Origin: Spirochaetia bacterium
GTDB lineage: Bacteria; Spirochaetota; Spirochaetia; DSM-2461
Direction: 5' to 3'
NCBI GenBank assembly: GCA_963668315.1
Contig: OY764216.1
Location: 4,992,001 to 5,056,000, forward strand
Length of the DNA stretch: 64,000 bases
Shown here piece after piece: positions 20,177 to 30,523 of this stretch. Made by a program: the position numbers and the translations under genes. Under the pieces are notes generated by a model. It saw nothing but the letters and a program-made list of their open reading frames with translations. It had not been told where the DNA came from and ran no database searches. Positions within the stretch are counted from its first letter, which is position 1; every line of letters starts with the position of its first letter.

Positions 20177-21094
20177 ATGAATAAATTATGGCTTTTTGTA
20201 TCAATCATGACCGTTTTTTTGTTTTTTTCTTGCTCTTCTACACCCTATTCAGGAATGGAAATCATTTCAGAAAGTGACGGATATAATTATTACATTGAAA
20301 ATAGTGAATCGAACTCTTTGATCATTTATATTGATGGTAGTGGATATCAATCAGTTTTAGGTCAACGAGATGATTCTGAGAAATGGACCACTACCACCTT
20401 ATCCAATCCACTATCACAGCATTTTAGGAAGAGTTATAATATTCTCATCCCTGAGAAGTTAGATTTTTCTCCTGGAGAAATATATCTTGATAATTCTGAA
20501 GTCCTGAGTAAATCAACGGTTCAGGCTCTTGGATTAAGTTATTCCCAGAAAATAGATAACTTTTTAAGTAATCATAATTTTACTGAAATTATTTTAATAG
20601 GCGCATCAGAAGGAGGTGCCCTTTTACCTTATATTTATAACAATCTGTTACATATAGGTGAAATCAATAAACTAGTAATTTGGAGTGGAGGAGGTCTTAG
20701 TCAACTGAAAGAGTTTCAAATCCTAGGTAATTCGTCAGTTTTAATGCCTGATCAATATCGTGATCTTTGCAAGCAAGTTGATGAAATGGCTGAAGCTATC
20801 AACTCAGAACCTGAAGCTATTGATAAATTTTACCTAGGGCATCCATATATTCGTTGGAGTAGTTTTTTTAAATATGAGCCTATAGATTATATTAGGCAAA
20901 TAGATATTCCCATTTTGTTTATTCACGGAGAGATGGATTGGTCAACACCTGTTGAATCAACACGTATTATTGAAGAATCAAATATTTCTGATCAATTTGA
21001 TTTTATTTATTATCCTAAGATGGAACATAGTCCTTCGTCTTTTGCTGAATTGAAAAGAGTTTTAAAAGACATTGAGGAATGGATACTTGGTTGA
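20177..21094 (+). CDS. Cassette 2: alpha/beta hydrolase lipoprotein
   Basis: Lipobox FFSC, GASEGG, HGEMD, H. Start set to the ATG after a GGAG RBS. Confidence 0.8.
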   Translation: MNKLWLFVSIMTVFLFFSCSSTPYSGMEIISESDGYNYYIENSESNSLIIYIDGSGYQSVLGQRDDSEKWTTTTLSNPLSQHFRKSYNILIPEKLDFSPGEIYLDNSEVLSKSTVQALGLSYSQKIDNFLSNHNFTEIILIGASEGGALLPYIYNNLLHIGEINKLVIWSGGGLSQLKEFQILGNSSVLMPDQYRDLCKQVDEMAEAINSEPEAIDKFYLGHPYIRWSSFFKYEPIDYIRQIDIPILFIHGEMDWSTPVESTRIIEESNISDQFDFIYYPKMEHSPSSFAELKRVLKDIEEWILG

Positions 21095-21117
21095 ACACCG
21101 TTCAAAAAAGAAACTGT

Positions 21118-21262
21118 GTATAACAGAGAATATACGGCTCCGCTTCGCTCCGGCCCAAATTGTTTCTTTGACAAATCTCAAAAAAAGTAGTTATACTTTT
21201 TCCGAGATTTATCAACCCCACAAGGGGGCGAAACAACTTCGTATATTCTCGAAACGTTATAG
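21118..21262 (+). repeat. attC-like site 2 (promoter-containing type)
   Basis: GTATAAC-AGAGAATATACG...CGTATATTCTC-GAAAC-GTTATAG, with internal TTGACA-18-TATACT. Confidence 0.88.
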
Positions 21263-21291
21263 GAAATTTACAATATGCGTATAAGGAAAAC

Positions 21292-21606
21292 ATGGTGGAA
21301 TTAACCTCAGAAGAATTCGACAATACATTTACATCCAATTTCAATGAAGTTACTGAAACGGCAGAAAATTTTAATGGCAAAGATTTTGATCAATATGTTA
21401 AGTCGAATTTAATTGATGAACTTGGTGTTATGCAAATTGAATATATCTATGATACTAAAGATGGAAATTGGAGACATGTCATATTCAAAACACAACTGAA
21501 AAACATTAATTATGTGGTTGTCATAGATATAAATAAGAAAACTATTCTCGGGCACCATGTTTTAGATTTAAACGAAAAATATGGATTAAACGCTTTGGGA
21601 TTGTAA
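21292..21606 (+). CDS. Cassette 3: hypothetical protein
   Basis: ORF with AAGGA RBS that fills the cassette. Confidence 0.7.
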   Translation: MVELTSEEFDNTFTSNFNEVTETAENFNGKDFDQYVKSNLIDELGVMQIEYIYDTKDGNWRHVIFKTQLKNINYVVVIDINKKTILGHHVLDLNEKYGLNALGL

Positions 21607-21611
21607 ACTTC

Positions 21612-21757
21612 CTATAACAGCAAATGATGCGGTTACGGCTTTGCCTTCTCCCAAATTGCCTTTGACAAATACAGAAAAAAGTATGTTATACTTTTCCCTG
21701 TATTTATCAACCCCTTCGGGGTACCAGGCAACTTCGCATATTTGCGAAACGTTATGT
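21612..21757 (+). repeat. attC-like site 3
   Basis: CTATAACAGCAAATGATGCGG...ACTTCGCATATTTGCGAAACGTTATGT. Confidence 0.88.
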
Positions 21758-21817
21758 TCAATGCCCATTTTTAAAAGCTTGTTGTAGCCTCGCCCTTCCA
21801 TGGGCTCGGAGAAGATT

Positions 21818-23320
21818 ATGAAGAAACAAATATTTTCATATATAAATCTACTTAAAGAGTATATGATCCAGTGCGAAGGCAAAATAATAATTTCCCCTTA
21901 TCATTCAGATGTAAAAAAAATAAGATCAGTCGTAAAAAATGAAAGTGCTTTATTTAATAATGTTGTGTTTCGATGTTCAGATAGCGTTGAAATAAAAGAG
22001 CAAAATGAAAAAGAGACATTATTGTTTTCAATCATTTCCGAAGCACTACACAAACCCGATGATTATTATGAAAAATACAAACCAGAATTATTCCGAATAA
22101 AAAACAATCTGCAAGAAGTTTTATCAAAGGTTTTTCAAGAATATAAAAAGAATAGATCTTTCTGTAAAATAATAGCTGATTCTATTGGGTACAAGACATA
22201 CTCAATTCCAGAATCCATAGATTCATTTTTAGGCAAGGAACATTCATATATCTTCTTTTATATTTTTTTAAACCATATTTTTATTGATTTTTTGAAAGCG
22301 AATAATTGTTATGATATAGATACATTTTTAGAGATAGAATCCAATAAATGGTATGATTTTCATAGAAAAAAGTTTGAAGGGATAAAAAATCGGAAAAACT
22401 ACGAATATGAAATTTGTTATTATCTCAATTCGCCTATATGCACTTCTGAAAATGGAACAAAATTAGGAATCTTTAAATACTATGATAAGAATATCTCGTT
22501 ACAAACATCTTACGTTAATGATGATGAATTGGGGACATTAACATATGATTTTTCAGAAAAAGATTACTTAAAATATGTTAACACTAAAATTTCATATAAT
22601 GCTAAAATCCCCATAGAAGCTGAAGTCTCAACTTTTGAGGACTTATATAAAGAAGCAGAAGATATCGGTAAGAGGTTATTGACGAATCTACGATTAGCTT
22701 ATGAATTTGAAATTGGTGTATTAACTTTAAAAATCAAATCAAGGGATCAGTTTACTCCAGATATCAGATCTGGGAACAATATTGAATTTAGTAACAAATA
22801 TACAGCATATTTACCGAAAAGGTTTATTTTTTTTACAGATACACCAATAGATATCCAAGAGACTGACTGCTTAAGACTTTTTAAAAGATTGAACAAAGTT
22901 CAGGAAATAGATGATTGGTTAAAAATTGCCTGTAAAAGGTTTAATCTTTCGATAGATAACTATTTTGTTTATAACCATGACAGATTATTGGATATTGCAA
23001 TCGCATTTGAAGCAATTTTTTTAAATGACAATGAATCGACGAAAGAATTAACATATAGGTTAAGTGTCCGTGCAGCTAAGTTTTTAGGTAAAAATAAGAA
23101 TGAAAAAGAGAATATATTTAAAATTGTAAATGATTTATACAAGTATCGATCAAAGATAGCGCATGGTGTAGATATAAACTCTATGAAACCAAAAGATAGA
23201 GATAGAATTAATGAAATAAATATAGAAGCCCCGATTTTACTTAAACTTTCAATTGTTAAGTCGATTTTTATGAAAAGCAATGATTGGAGAAATTATTGGC
23301 AAACGTTAACTTTAAATTAA
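21818..23320 (+). CDS. Cassette 4: HEPN-domain protein (ApeA-like), candidate defence RNase
   Basis: C-terminal LLDIAIAFEAIF...ELTYRLSVRAAKFLG...LYKYRSKIAHG with an RxxxxH motif. Confidence 0.72.
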   Translation: MKKQIFSYINLLKEYMIQCEGKIIISPYHSDVKKIRSVVKNESALFNNVVFRCSDSVEIKEQNEKETLLFSIISEALHKPDDYYEKYKPELFRIKNNLQEVLSKVFQEYKKNRSFCKIIADSIGYKTYSIPESIDSFLGKEHSYIFFYIFLNHIFIDFLKANNCYDIDTFLEIESNKWYDFHRKKFEGIKNRKNYEYEICYYLNSPICTSENGTKLGIFKYYDKNISLQTSYVNDDELGTLTYDFSEKDYLKYVNTKISYNAKIPIEAEVSTFEDLYKEAEDIGKRLLTNLRLAYEFEIGVLTLKIKSRDQFTPDIRSGNNIEFSNKYTAYLPKRFIFFTDTPIDIQETDCLRLFKRLNKVQEIDDWLKIACKRFNLSIDNYFVYNHDRLLDIAIAFEAIFLNDNESTKELTYRLSVRAAKFLGKNKNEKENIFKIVNDLYKYRSKIAHGVDINSMKPKDRDRINEINIEAPILLKLSIVKSIFMKSNDWRNYWQTLTLN

Positions 23321-23397
23321 ACCTGCTACATAATGCCGTCCATGGCATTATGTAGAATTTATACGCACACATTTAAAAATGGGCACTAAACATAACA

Positions 23398-24967
23398 CAT
23401 ATTAGGACCCCATCTGTCAAGGACAAATTTTCCCCTGTTCTATCTAGGTAGAACATTTTTATATGAAGATGAACCGGACCGATAAAGAATGAAGCATTCT
23501 GTCTTGTTTCTCAAACGGGCTGCAGAAAAGATCTGCTCCAAACACACATAGACACTTTAACTCCGTAATTTTACGGCATTATAGAAATACATCCGTACCC
23601 AATCCTGTCATAATCAATGAAAACGGATTTCTTGGGGAATCCAGTTATTTTCGTGATCAGGCTGGTGCAGAATTCTTCCAGACTTTCTCAATCCTGGTTA
23701 TTTAAAACAGGTCGAAGCAGATATCCAATCAGCGAACGCATAATTCTTCTTTCAAATGATAAATACGAATGATAGTCATGCTATAAAAAGCCGTATTTAC
23801 GGTCATTATCTTTTTATGATTATAGTTATACGTTAGGCTTATCTGCTCCACCTGTTATGAACAAAAACGGTCTATATCAAAGGCTTTCCTCCTTTTGAGA
23901 ACATAATATACAGCTCTGGCTAATTTATGGGCCATGATGGAATAGGCTTTCCCGTTTCCAAACTTTTGCACTAATCTCTGATGATATGATTTTATCTCCG
24001 GGCAATAGCGGATGAACATGACGGCCGCTTCGGAGAAAGCCCACTTGAGATTAGCATTGCCGATTTTGGTATTTTTGGATGCATACTGCTTTCCTCCCGA
24101 TTCCCTCTGACACTTGACTACGCGGCAATAGGAAACGAAGTTCTGTACACGAGGAAAACGGTTAATGTCTTCAATTTCATAGAGAATAGTCAGGGCAAGC
24201 ACATCACCTATCCCGGGAATAGATTTCAACAAAGAAAATGCTAGAGGATCAGAATGATTTGCTGCCTTCAAAACACGAGATTCTATCTTCCGGATCTGTT
24301 CGGTTAACGCATCAACGACGGCTATGTCGACTTCCATATTCATTTTGACCGCCGGATCATCAAACCGTTCGAGTAATTCAGTCTTCGAAGCAATCGTAAG
24401 AGAATTGATCCCCTTCTTTATGGTATCGAAATTGTATTGGGTATTGGTATTCTGGATATGAGAAAGAAGATCTGATCTCCTGCGAACAAGATATATTCGC
24501 CGTCTGAAGAGGTCTCGAATAGCTCTGGTTTTCTGTGGGTAGACATAGGCTTGAGGGATCAGGCCACCTTTTAGCAATGCCGCTATCTTCTGGGAATCGA
24601 TTTTATCGTTCTTGGTTTTTCCTCCGCTTATAGCCTTCATGTAGAGGGCGTGGCCAAGGACAAAGGGAATACTGTTTAGCTGGCAGTAATCGGCAATCCA
24701 GTACCATGTGAAAATACACTCGACACAGATGACGATATCATTAAGAAAGGGGGCGATCGCTTGTTGAAGGTGAACCGGATCAGCGATCATGTTTTTATGA
24801 TAGACGATTTCGCCATCCTGGTTCATAATGCAGATATACATCTTTTTCGTGTGGAGATCGATTCCGCAGTAAAAGTTGTGTTGTTGGGTATAAAATTTCA
24901 TAAGGGCTCCTTTGGTTAAGGTTGTTGGAAATTTTAACATAACCACTAGGGGTCCTTATGATTATCA
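23398..24967 (-). mobile_element. IS110/IS1111-family element, copy 1 (1570 bp)
   Basis: Sub-terminal IR AGGACCCC/GGGGTCCT, CA core at both junctions, no TSD, about 460 bp of non-coding sequence downstream of the transposase. Confidence 0.92.
23855..24901 (-). CDS. IS110-family (DEDD) transposase/recombinase
   Basis: GIDLH, VECIF, KNDKIDS, SIPGIG, RESGGK. Start set to MKFYTQ, after an AAGGAG RBS. Confidence 0.93.
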   Translation of the reverse strand: MKFYTQQHNFYCGIDLHTKKMYICIMNQDGEIVYHKNMIADPVHLQQAIAPFLNDIVICVECIFTWYWIADYCQLNSIPFVLGHALYMKAISGGKTKNDKIDSQKIAALLKGGLIPQAYVYPQKTRAIRDLFRRRIYLVRRRSDLLSHIQNTNTQYNFDTIKKGINSLTIASKTELLERFDDPAVKMNMEVDIAVVDALTEQIRKIESRVLKAANHSDPLAFSLLKSIPGIGDVLALTILYEIEDINRFPRVQNFVSYCRVVKCQRESGGKQYASKNTKIGNANLKWAFSEAAVMFIRYCPEIKSYHQRLVQKFGNGKAYSIMAHKLARAVYYVLKRRKAFDIDRFCS

Positions 24968-25139
24968 GCGAATATACGCTGCGGCTTCGCCTTGGCCTTC
25001 GGCAAATAAACCCTTTGAAAATATTCTAAAAAATTATGATATAATTTCCCAGAATATTTTCAAGCCCGCAAGGGGCTGGGTTTACTTCGTATATTCGCGG
25101 AACGTTATAGGAAACATATTTTTGGAGATTATTTCGCAA

Positions 25140-25661
25140 ATGAAGAATATACTTGAAATGATAAAGAAAGATGCACGATTGTCATTCTGGAGCGAAGAAA
25201 AATTGGAACTGGAAGGCTTTGAGAGGATTTCAGCGACATTGACAACAATTCATAGATTCATTCTCAGCCCTCTCATTGCATATGTCTTCATTGCAGGTAT
25301 AACCAACATGTTACTAAATGTCTCATCAGTAGAAACATACATGATTATTCTCAGTTTTGTACTTGCCATATTCGTCTTTTACTTTTATGGCTATAGGTTT
25401 CTATCTGCTAATCATGCTTTTTTCGATAGAAAAAGTCGAATTGTTCTAATTTTTCTCCCATATAAGTATAGAATTATAAGTGTAAATAAAGACAACATTT
25501 ATTCAGTCGATGGTACAACATTTAATCCTATTGATTTCGTTACAATTAGAGTTAGAGAAGGAGACAAAGTAAGAAAATATCATTTTGTCTCTTCATTTAG
25601 ATTTTTCAAAGCATACACGGAGCATCCTATTGTTAAAAATATTAGGGAATACCTTAGATAG
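25140..25661 (+). CDS. Cassette 5: hypothetical membrane protein
   Basis: Two hydrophobic segments. ATG after GGAG at 25124; the ORF-track start at 24912 is read-through across the attC. Confidence 0.7.
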   Translation: MKNILEMIKKDARLSFWSEEKLELEGFERISATLTTIHRFILSPLIAYVFIAGITNMLLNVSSVETYMIILSFVLAIFVFYFYGYRFLSANHAFFDRKSRIVLIFLPYKYRIISVNKDNIYSVDGTTFNPIDFVTIRVREGDKVRKYHFVSSFRFFKAYTEHPIVKNIREYLR

Positions 25662-25694
25662 AACCACGTGCCAAAAAATATGCATCCTATAACA

Positions 25695-27264
25695 CATATT
25701 AGGACCCCATCTGTCAAGGACAAATTTTCCCCTGTTCTATCTAGGTAGAACATTTTTATATGAAGATGAACCGGACCGATAAAGAATGAAGCATTCTGTC
25801 TTGTTTCTCAAACGGGCTGCAGAAAAGATCTGCTCCAAACACACATAGACACTTTAACTCCGTAATTTTACGGCATTATAGAAATACATCCGTACCCAAT
25901 CCTGTCATAATCAATGAAAACGGATTTCTTGGGGAATCCAGTTATTTTCGTGATCAGGCTGGTGCAGAATTCTTCCAGACTTTCTCAATCCTGGTTATTT
26001 AAAACAGGTCGAAGCAGATATCCAATCAGCGAACGCATAATTCTTCTTTCAAATGATAAATACGAATGATAGTCATGCTATAAAAAGCCGTATTTACGGT
26101 CATTATCTTTTTATGATTATAGTTATACGTTAGGCTTATCTGCTCCACCTGTTATGAACAAAAACGGTCTATATCAAAGGCTTTCCTCCTTTTGAGAACA
26201 TAATATACAGCTCTGGCTAATTTATGGGCCATGATGGAATAGGCTTTCCCGTTTCCAAACTTTTGCACTAATCTCTGATGATATGATTTTATCTCCGGGC
26301 AATAGCGGATGAACATGACGGCCGCTTCGGAGAAAGCCCACTTGAGATTAGCATTGCCGATTTTGGTATTTTTGGATGCATACTGCTTTCCTCCCGATTC
26401 CCTCTGACACTTGACTACGCGGCAATAGGAAACGAAGTTCTGTACACGAGGAAAACGGTTAATGTCTTCAATTTCATAGAGAATAGTCAGGGCAAGCACA
26501 TCACCTATCCCGGGAATAGATTTCAACAAAGAAAATGCTAGAGGATCAGAATGATTTGCTGCCTTCAAAACACGAGATTCTATCTTCCGGATCTGTTCGG
26601 TTAACGCATCAACGACGGCTATGTCGACTTCCATATTCATTTTGACCGCCGGATCATCAAACCGTTCGAGTAATTCAGTCTTCGAAGCAATCGTAAGAGA
26701 ATTGATCCCCTTCTTTATGGTATCGAAATTGTATTGGGTATTGGTATTCTGGATATGAGAAAGAAGATCTGATCTCCTGCGAACAAGATATATTCGCCGT
26801 CTGAAGAGGTCTCGAATAGCTCTGGTTTTCTGTGGGTAGACATAGGCTTGAGGGATCAGGCCACCTTTTAGCAATGCCGCTATCTTCTGGGAATCGATTT
26901 TATCGTTCTTGGTTTTTCCTCCGCTTATAGCCTTCATGTAGAGGGCGTGGCCAAGGACAAAGGGAATACTGTTTAGCTGGCAGTAATCGGCAATCCAGTA
27001 CCATGTGAAAATACACTCGACACAGATGACGATATCATTAAGAAAGGGGGCGATCGCTTGTTGAAGGTGAACCGGATCAGCGATCATGTTTTTATGATAG
27101 ACGATTTCGCCATCCTGGTTCATAATGCAGATATACATCTTTTTCGTGTGGAGATCGATTCCGCAGTAAAAGTTGTGTTGTTGGGTATAAAATTTCATAA
27201 GGGCTCCTTTGGTTAAGGTTGTTGGAAATTTTAACATAACCACTAGGGGTCCTTATGATTATCA
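25695..27264 (-). mobile_element. IS110/IS1111-family element, copy 2
   Basis: Same ends and same transposase as copy 1, offset 2297 bp. Confidence 0.92.
26152..27198 (-). CDS. IS110-family transposase
   Basis: Protein identical to copy 1. Confidence 0.93.
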   Translation of the reverse strand: MKFYTQQHNFYCGIDLHTKKMYICIMNQDGEIVYHKNMIADPVHLQQAIAPFLNDIVICVECIFTWYWIADYCQLNSIPFVLGHALYMKAISGGKTKNDKIDSQKIAALLKGGLIPQAYVYPQKTRAIRDLFRRRIYLVRRRSDLLSHIQNTNTQYNFDTIKKGINSLTIASKTELLERFDDPAVKMNMEVDIAVVDALTEQIRKIESRVLKAANHSDPLAFSLLKSIPGIGDVLALTILYEIEDINRFPRVQNFVSYCRVVKCQRESGGKQYASKNTKIGNANLKWAFSEAAVMFIRYCPEIKSYHQRLVQKFGNGKAYSIMAHKLARAVYYVLKRRKAFDIDRFCS

Positions 27265-27436
27265 GCGAATATACGCTGCGGCTTCGCCTTGGCCTTCGGC
27301 AAATAAACCCTTTGAAAATATTCTAAAAAATTATGATATAATTTCCCAGAATATTTTCAAGCCCGCAAGGGGCTGGGTTTACTTCGTATATTCGCGGAAC
27401 GTTATAGGAAACATATTTTTGGAGATTATTTCGCAA

Positions 27437-27958
27437 ATGAAGAATATACTTGAAATGATAAAGAAAGATGCACGATTGTCATTCTGGAGCGAAGAAAAAT
27501 TGGAACTGGAAGGCTTTGAGAGGATTTCAGCGACATTGACAACAATTCATAGATTCATTCTCAGCCCTCTCATTGCATATGTCTTCATTGCAGGTATAAC
27601 CAACATGTTACTAAATGTCTCATCAGTAGAAACATACATGATTATTCTCAGTTTTGTACTTGCCATATTCGTCTTTTACTTTTATGGCTATAGGTTTCTA
27701 TCTGCTAATCATGCTTTTTTCGATAGAAAAAGTCGAATTGTTCTAATTTTTCTCCCATATAAGTATAGAATTATAAGTGTAAATAAAGACAACATTTATT
27801 CAGTCGATGGTACAACATTTAATCCTATTGATTTCGTTACAATTAGAGTTAGAGAAGGAGACAAAGTAAGAAAATATCATTTTGTCTCTTCATTTAGATT
27901 TTTCAAAGCATACACGGAGCATCCTATTGTTAAAAATATTAGGGAATACCTTAGATAG
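27437..27958 (+). CDS. Cassette 6: duplicate of the cassette 5 membrane protein
   Basis: Translation identical to 25140-25661. Confidence 0.7.
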   Translation: MKNILEMIKKDARLSFWSEEKLELEGFERISATLTTIHRFILSPLIAYVFIAGITNMLLNVSSVETYMIILSFVLAIFVFYFYGYRFLSANHAFFDRKSRIVLIFLPYKYRIISVNKDNIYSVDGTTFNPIDFVTIRVREGDKVRKYHFVSSFRFFKAYTEHPIVKNIREYLR

Positions 27959-27991
27959 AACCACGTGCCAAAAAATATGCATCCTATAACA

Positions 27992-29561
27992 CATATTAGG
28001 ACCCCATCTGTCAAGGACAAATTTTCCCCTGTTCTATCTAGGTAGAACATTTTTATATGAAGATGAACCGGACCGATAAAGAATGAAGCATTCTGTCTTG
28101 TTTCTCAAACGGGCTGCAGAAAAGATCTGCTCCAAACACACATAGACACTTTAACTCCGTAATTTTACGGCATTATAGAAATACATCCGTACCCAATCCT
28201 GTCATAATCAATGAAAACGGATTTCTTGGGGAATCCAGTTATTTTCGTGATCAGGCTGGTGCAGAATTCTTCCAGACTTTCTCAATCCTGGTTATTTAAA
28301 ACAGGTCGAAGCAGATATCCAATCAGCGAACGCATAATTCTTCTTTCAAATGATAAATACGAATGATAGTCATGCTATAAAAAGCCGTATTTACGGTCAT
28401 TATCTTTTTATGATTATAGTTATACGTTAGGCTTATCTGCTCCACCTGTTATGAACAAAAACGGTCTATATCAAAGGCTTTCCTCCTTTTGAGAACATAA
28501 TATACAGCTCTGGCTAATTTATGGGCCATGATGGAATAGGCTTTCCCGTTTCCAAACTTTTGCACTAATCTCTGATGATATGATTTTATCTCCGGGCAAT
28601 AGCGGATGAACATGACGGCCGCTTCGGAGAAAGCCCACTTGAGATTAGCATTGCCGATTTTGGTATTTTTGGATGCATACTGCTTTCCTCCCGATTCCCT
28701 CTGACACTTGACTACGCGGCAATAGGAAACGAAGTTCTGTACACGAGGAAAACGGTTAATGTCTTCAATTTCATAGAGAATAGTCAGGGCAAGCACATCA
28801 CCTATCCCGGGAATAGATTTCAACAAAGAAAATGCTAGAGGATCAGAATGATTTGCTGCCTTCAAAACACGAGATTCTATCTTCCGGATCTGTTCGGTTA
28901 ACGCATCAACGACGGCTATGTCGACTTCCATATTCATTTTGACCGCCGGATCATCAAACCGTTCGAGTAATTCAGTCTTCGAAGCAATCGTAAGAGAATT
29001 GATCCCCTTCTTTATGGTATCGAAATTGTATTGGGTATTGGTATTCTGGATATGAGAAAGAAGATCTGATCTCCTGCGAACAAGATATATTCGCCGTCTG
29101 AAGAGGTCTCGAATAGCTCTGGTTTTCTGTGGGTAGACATAGGCTTGAGGGATCAGGCCACCTTTTAGCAATGCCGCTATCTTCTGGGAATCGATTTTAT
29201 CGTTCTTGGTTTTTCCTCCGCTTATAGCCTTCATGTAGAGGGCGTGGCCAAGGACAAAGGGAATACTGTTTAGCTGGCAGTAATCGGCAATCCAGTACCA
29301 TGTGAAAATACACTCGACACAGATGACGATATCATTAAGAAAGGGGGCGATCGCTTGTTGAAGGTGAACCGGATCAGCGATCATGTTTTTATGATAGACG
29401 ATTTCGCCATCCTGGTTCATAATGCAGATATACATCTTTTTCGTGTGGAGATCGATTCCGCAGTAAAAGTTGTGTTGTTGGGTATAAAATTTCATAAGGG
29501 CTCCTTTGGTTAAGGTTGTTGGAAATTTTAACATAACCACTAGGGGTCCTTATGATTATCA
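27992..29561 (-). mobile_element. IS110/IS1111-family element, copy 3
   Basis: Same ends and same transposase as copy 1. Confidence 0.92.
28449..29495 (-). CDS. IS110-family transposase
   Basis: Protein identical to copy 1. Confidence 0.93.
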   Translation of the reverse strand: MKFYTQQHNFYCGIDLHTKKMYICIMNQDGEIVYHKNMIADPVHLQQAIAPFLNDIVICVECIFTWYWIADYCQLNSIPFVLGHALYMKAISGGKTKNDKIDSQKIAALLKGGLIPQAYVYPQKTRAIRDLFRRRIYLVRRRSDLLSHIQNTNTQYNFDTIKKGINSLTIASKTELLERFDDPAVKMNMEVDIAVVDALTEQIRKIESRVLKAANHSDPLAFSLLKSIPGIGDVLALTILYEIEDINRFPRVQNFVSYCRVVKCQRESGGKQYASKNTKIGNANLKWAFSEAAVMFIRYCPEIKSYHQRLVQKFGNGKAYSIMAHKLARAVYYVLKRRKAFDIDRFCS

Positions 29562-29853
29562 GCGTCTATATGCTCCGCTTCGCTCCGGGCTTCGCCAAAT
29601 TTAAATCAAAAAGAATTACAGCGAAAATAACAAATAGTACGCTATAATAGATTCTATACAACAATAAAATGCTACGGTCATGGCTATCGTCACGGTTTCT
29701 GCTTGCGCACAAACCGCGCCAACTTCACGCCATGCCGCAGATTTTGGCGTTGTATAGAAATCGGATATGCAAGCACGTGTTTTTGATTTAAACTTCATAT
29801 AAACGCGAAACGTTAGGTGTAATGTTCTTTTTATACAGCGTAAAGGATAAGAA

Positions 29854-30303
29854 ATGAAAACAAAATTTTCACATGTAAATATTATTAGTAGTGATTGGAA
29901 AAAATTAGCAGATTTTTATATTAGAGTTTTTGATTGTAAACCAAAACTTCCGGAGAGAAATCTTTCAGGTGATTGGGTTGATAAATTAACTGATTTATCA
30001 AATGCTAGAATAAAAGGGATGCACTTAATCCTCCCGGGTTATGACACCGATGGTCCCACTTTAGAGATCTTTGAATACAATGCAAATATAAGTAATAATG
30101 GTAAAAATATAAATCTGGAAGGGTTTGGTCATATTGCTTTTGCGGTAGAGGATGTTGAGGAAAAGTTAAATCTTTTATTGGATAACGGTGGATCTTCAGT
30201 CGGTCAATTGATTGACGCTGAAATAGATGGAGTCGGCAAAATCTCAGTTGTTTATGCAAAAGATCCAGAAGGCAATATTTTAGAAATTCAAAAGTGGGAA
30301 TAA
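29854..30303 (+). CDS. Cassette 7: VOC/glyoxalase-family protein
   Basis: HVNIIS...FY, LEIFEY, GFGHIAFAVEDV, YAKDPEGNILEI. Confidence 0.88.
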   Translation: MKTKFSHVNIISSDWKKLADFYIRVFDCKPKLPERNLSGDWVDKLTDLSNARIKGMHLILPGYDTDGPTLEIFEYNANISNNGKNINLEGFGHIAFAVEDVEEKLNLLLDNGGSSVGQLIDAEIDGVGKISVVYAKDPEGNILEIQKWE

Positions 30304-30315
30304 AAAGAACACTAC

Positions 30316-30459
30316 ACCTAACAGCAAATGATGCGGTTCCGCTCCGCTTCACCCAAATTGCCTTTGACAAATACCCGTTCAATTATGATATAATTGAACA
30401 GCCATTTATCAACCCCTATTGGGGTACAGGCAACTTCGCATATTTGCGGAACGTTACCC
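30316..30459 (+). repeat. attC-like site 7
   Basis: ACCTAACAGCAAATGATGCGG...ACTTCGCATATTTGCGGAACGTTACCC. Confidence 0.88.
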
Positions 30460-30523
30460 ATTATTATTTGGCTTATAATATTTTTTTTCATCATTCGCCA
30501 TCCTTGGCTCATTAGGGGAAATT

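Larger units (their letters stand above)
23390..25110 (+). repeat. attC-like site 4, split by IS110 copy 1 (halves 23390-23397 and 24968-25110)
   Basis: ACATAACA | IS | GCGAATATACG...CGTATATTCGCGGAACGTTATAG. Confidence 0.85.
25687..27407 (+). repeat. attC-like site 5, split by IS110 copy 2
   Basis: CTATAACA | IS | GCGAATATACG...GTTATAG; the right half is identical to that of site 4. Confidence 0.85.
27984..29818 (+). repeat. attC-like site 6 (long nested type), split by IS110 copy 3 (right part 29562-29818)
   Basis: GCGTCTATATG...CATATAAACGCGAAACGTTAGGT outer stem, with inner stems TTTAAATCAAAAA/TTTTTGATTTAAA and TTCTATACAAC/GTTGTATAGAA. Confidence 0.82.

Noticed and set aside
24912..25139. 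Shared N-terminus MVKVVGNFNITTRGPYDYQRI on ORFs 24912, 27209 and 38448
   Set aside because: Artefact of an open frame running from the IS end through the attC; the real starts have RBSs inside the cassettes.
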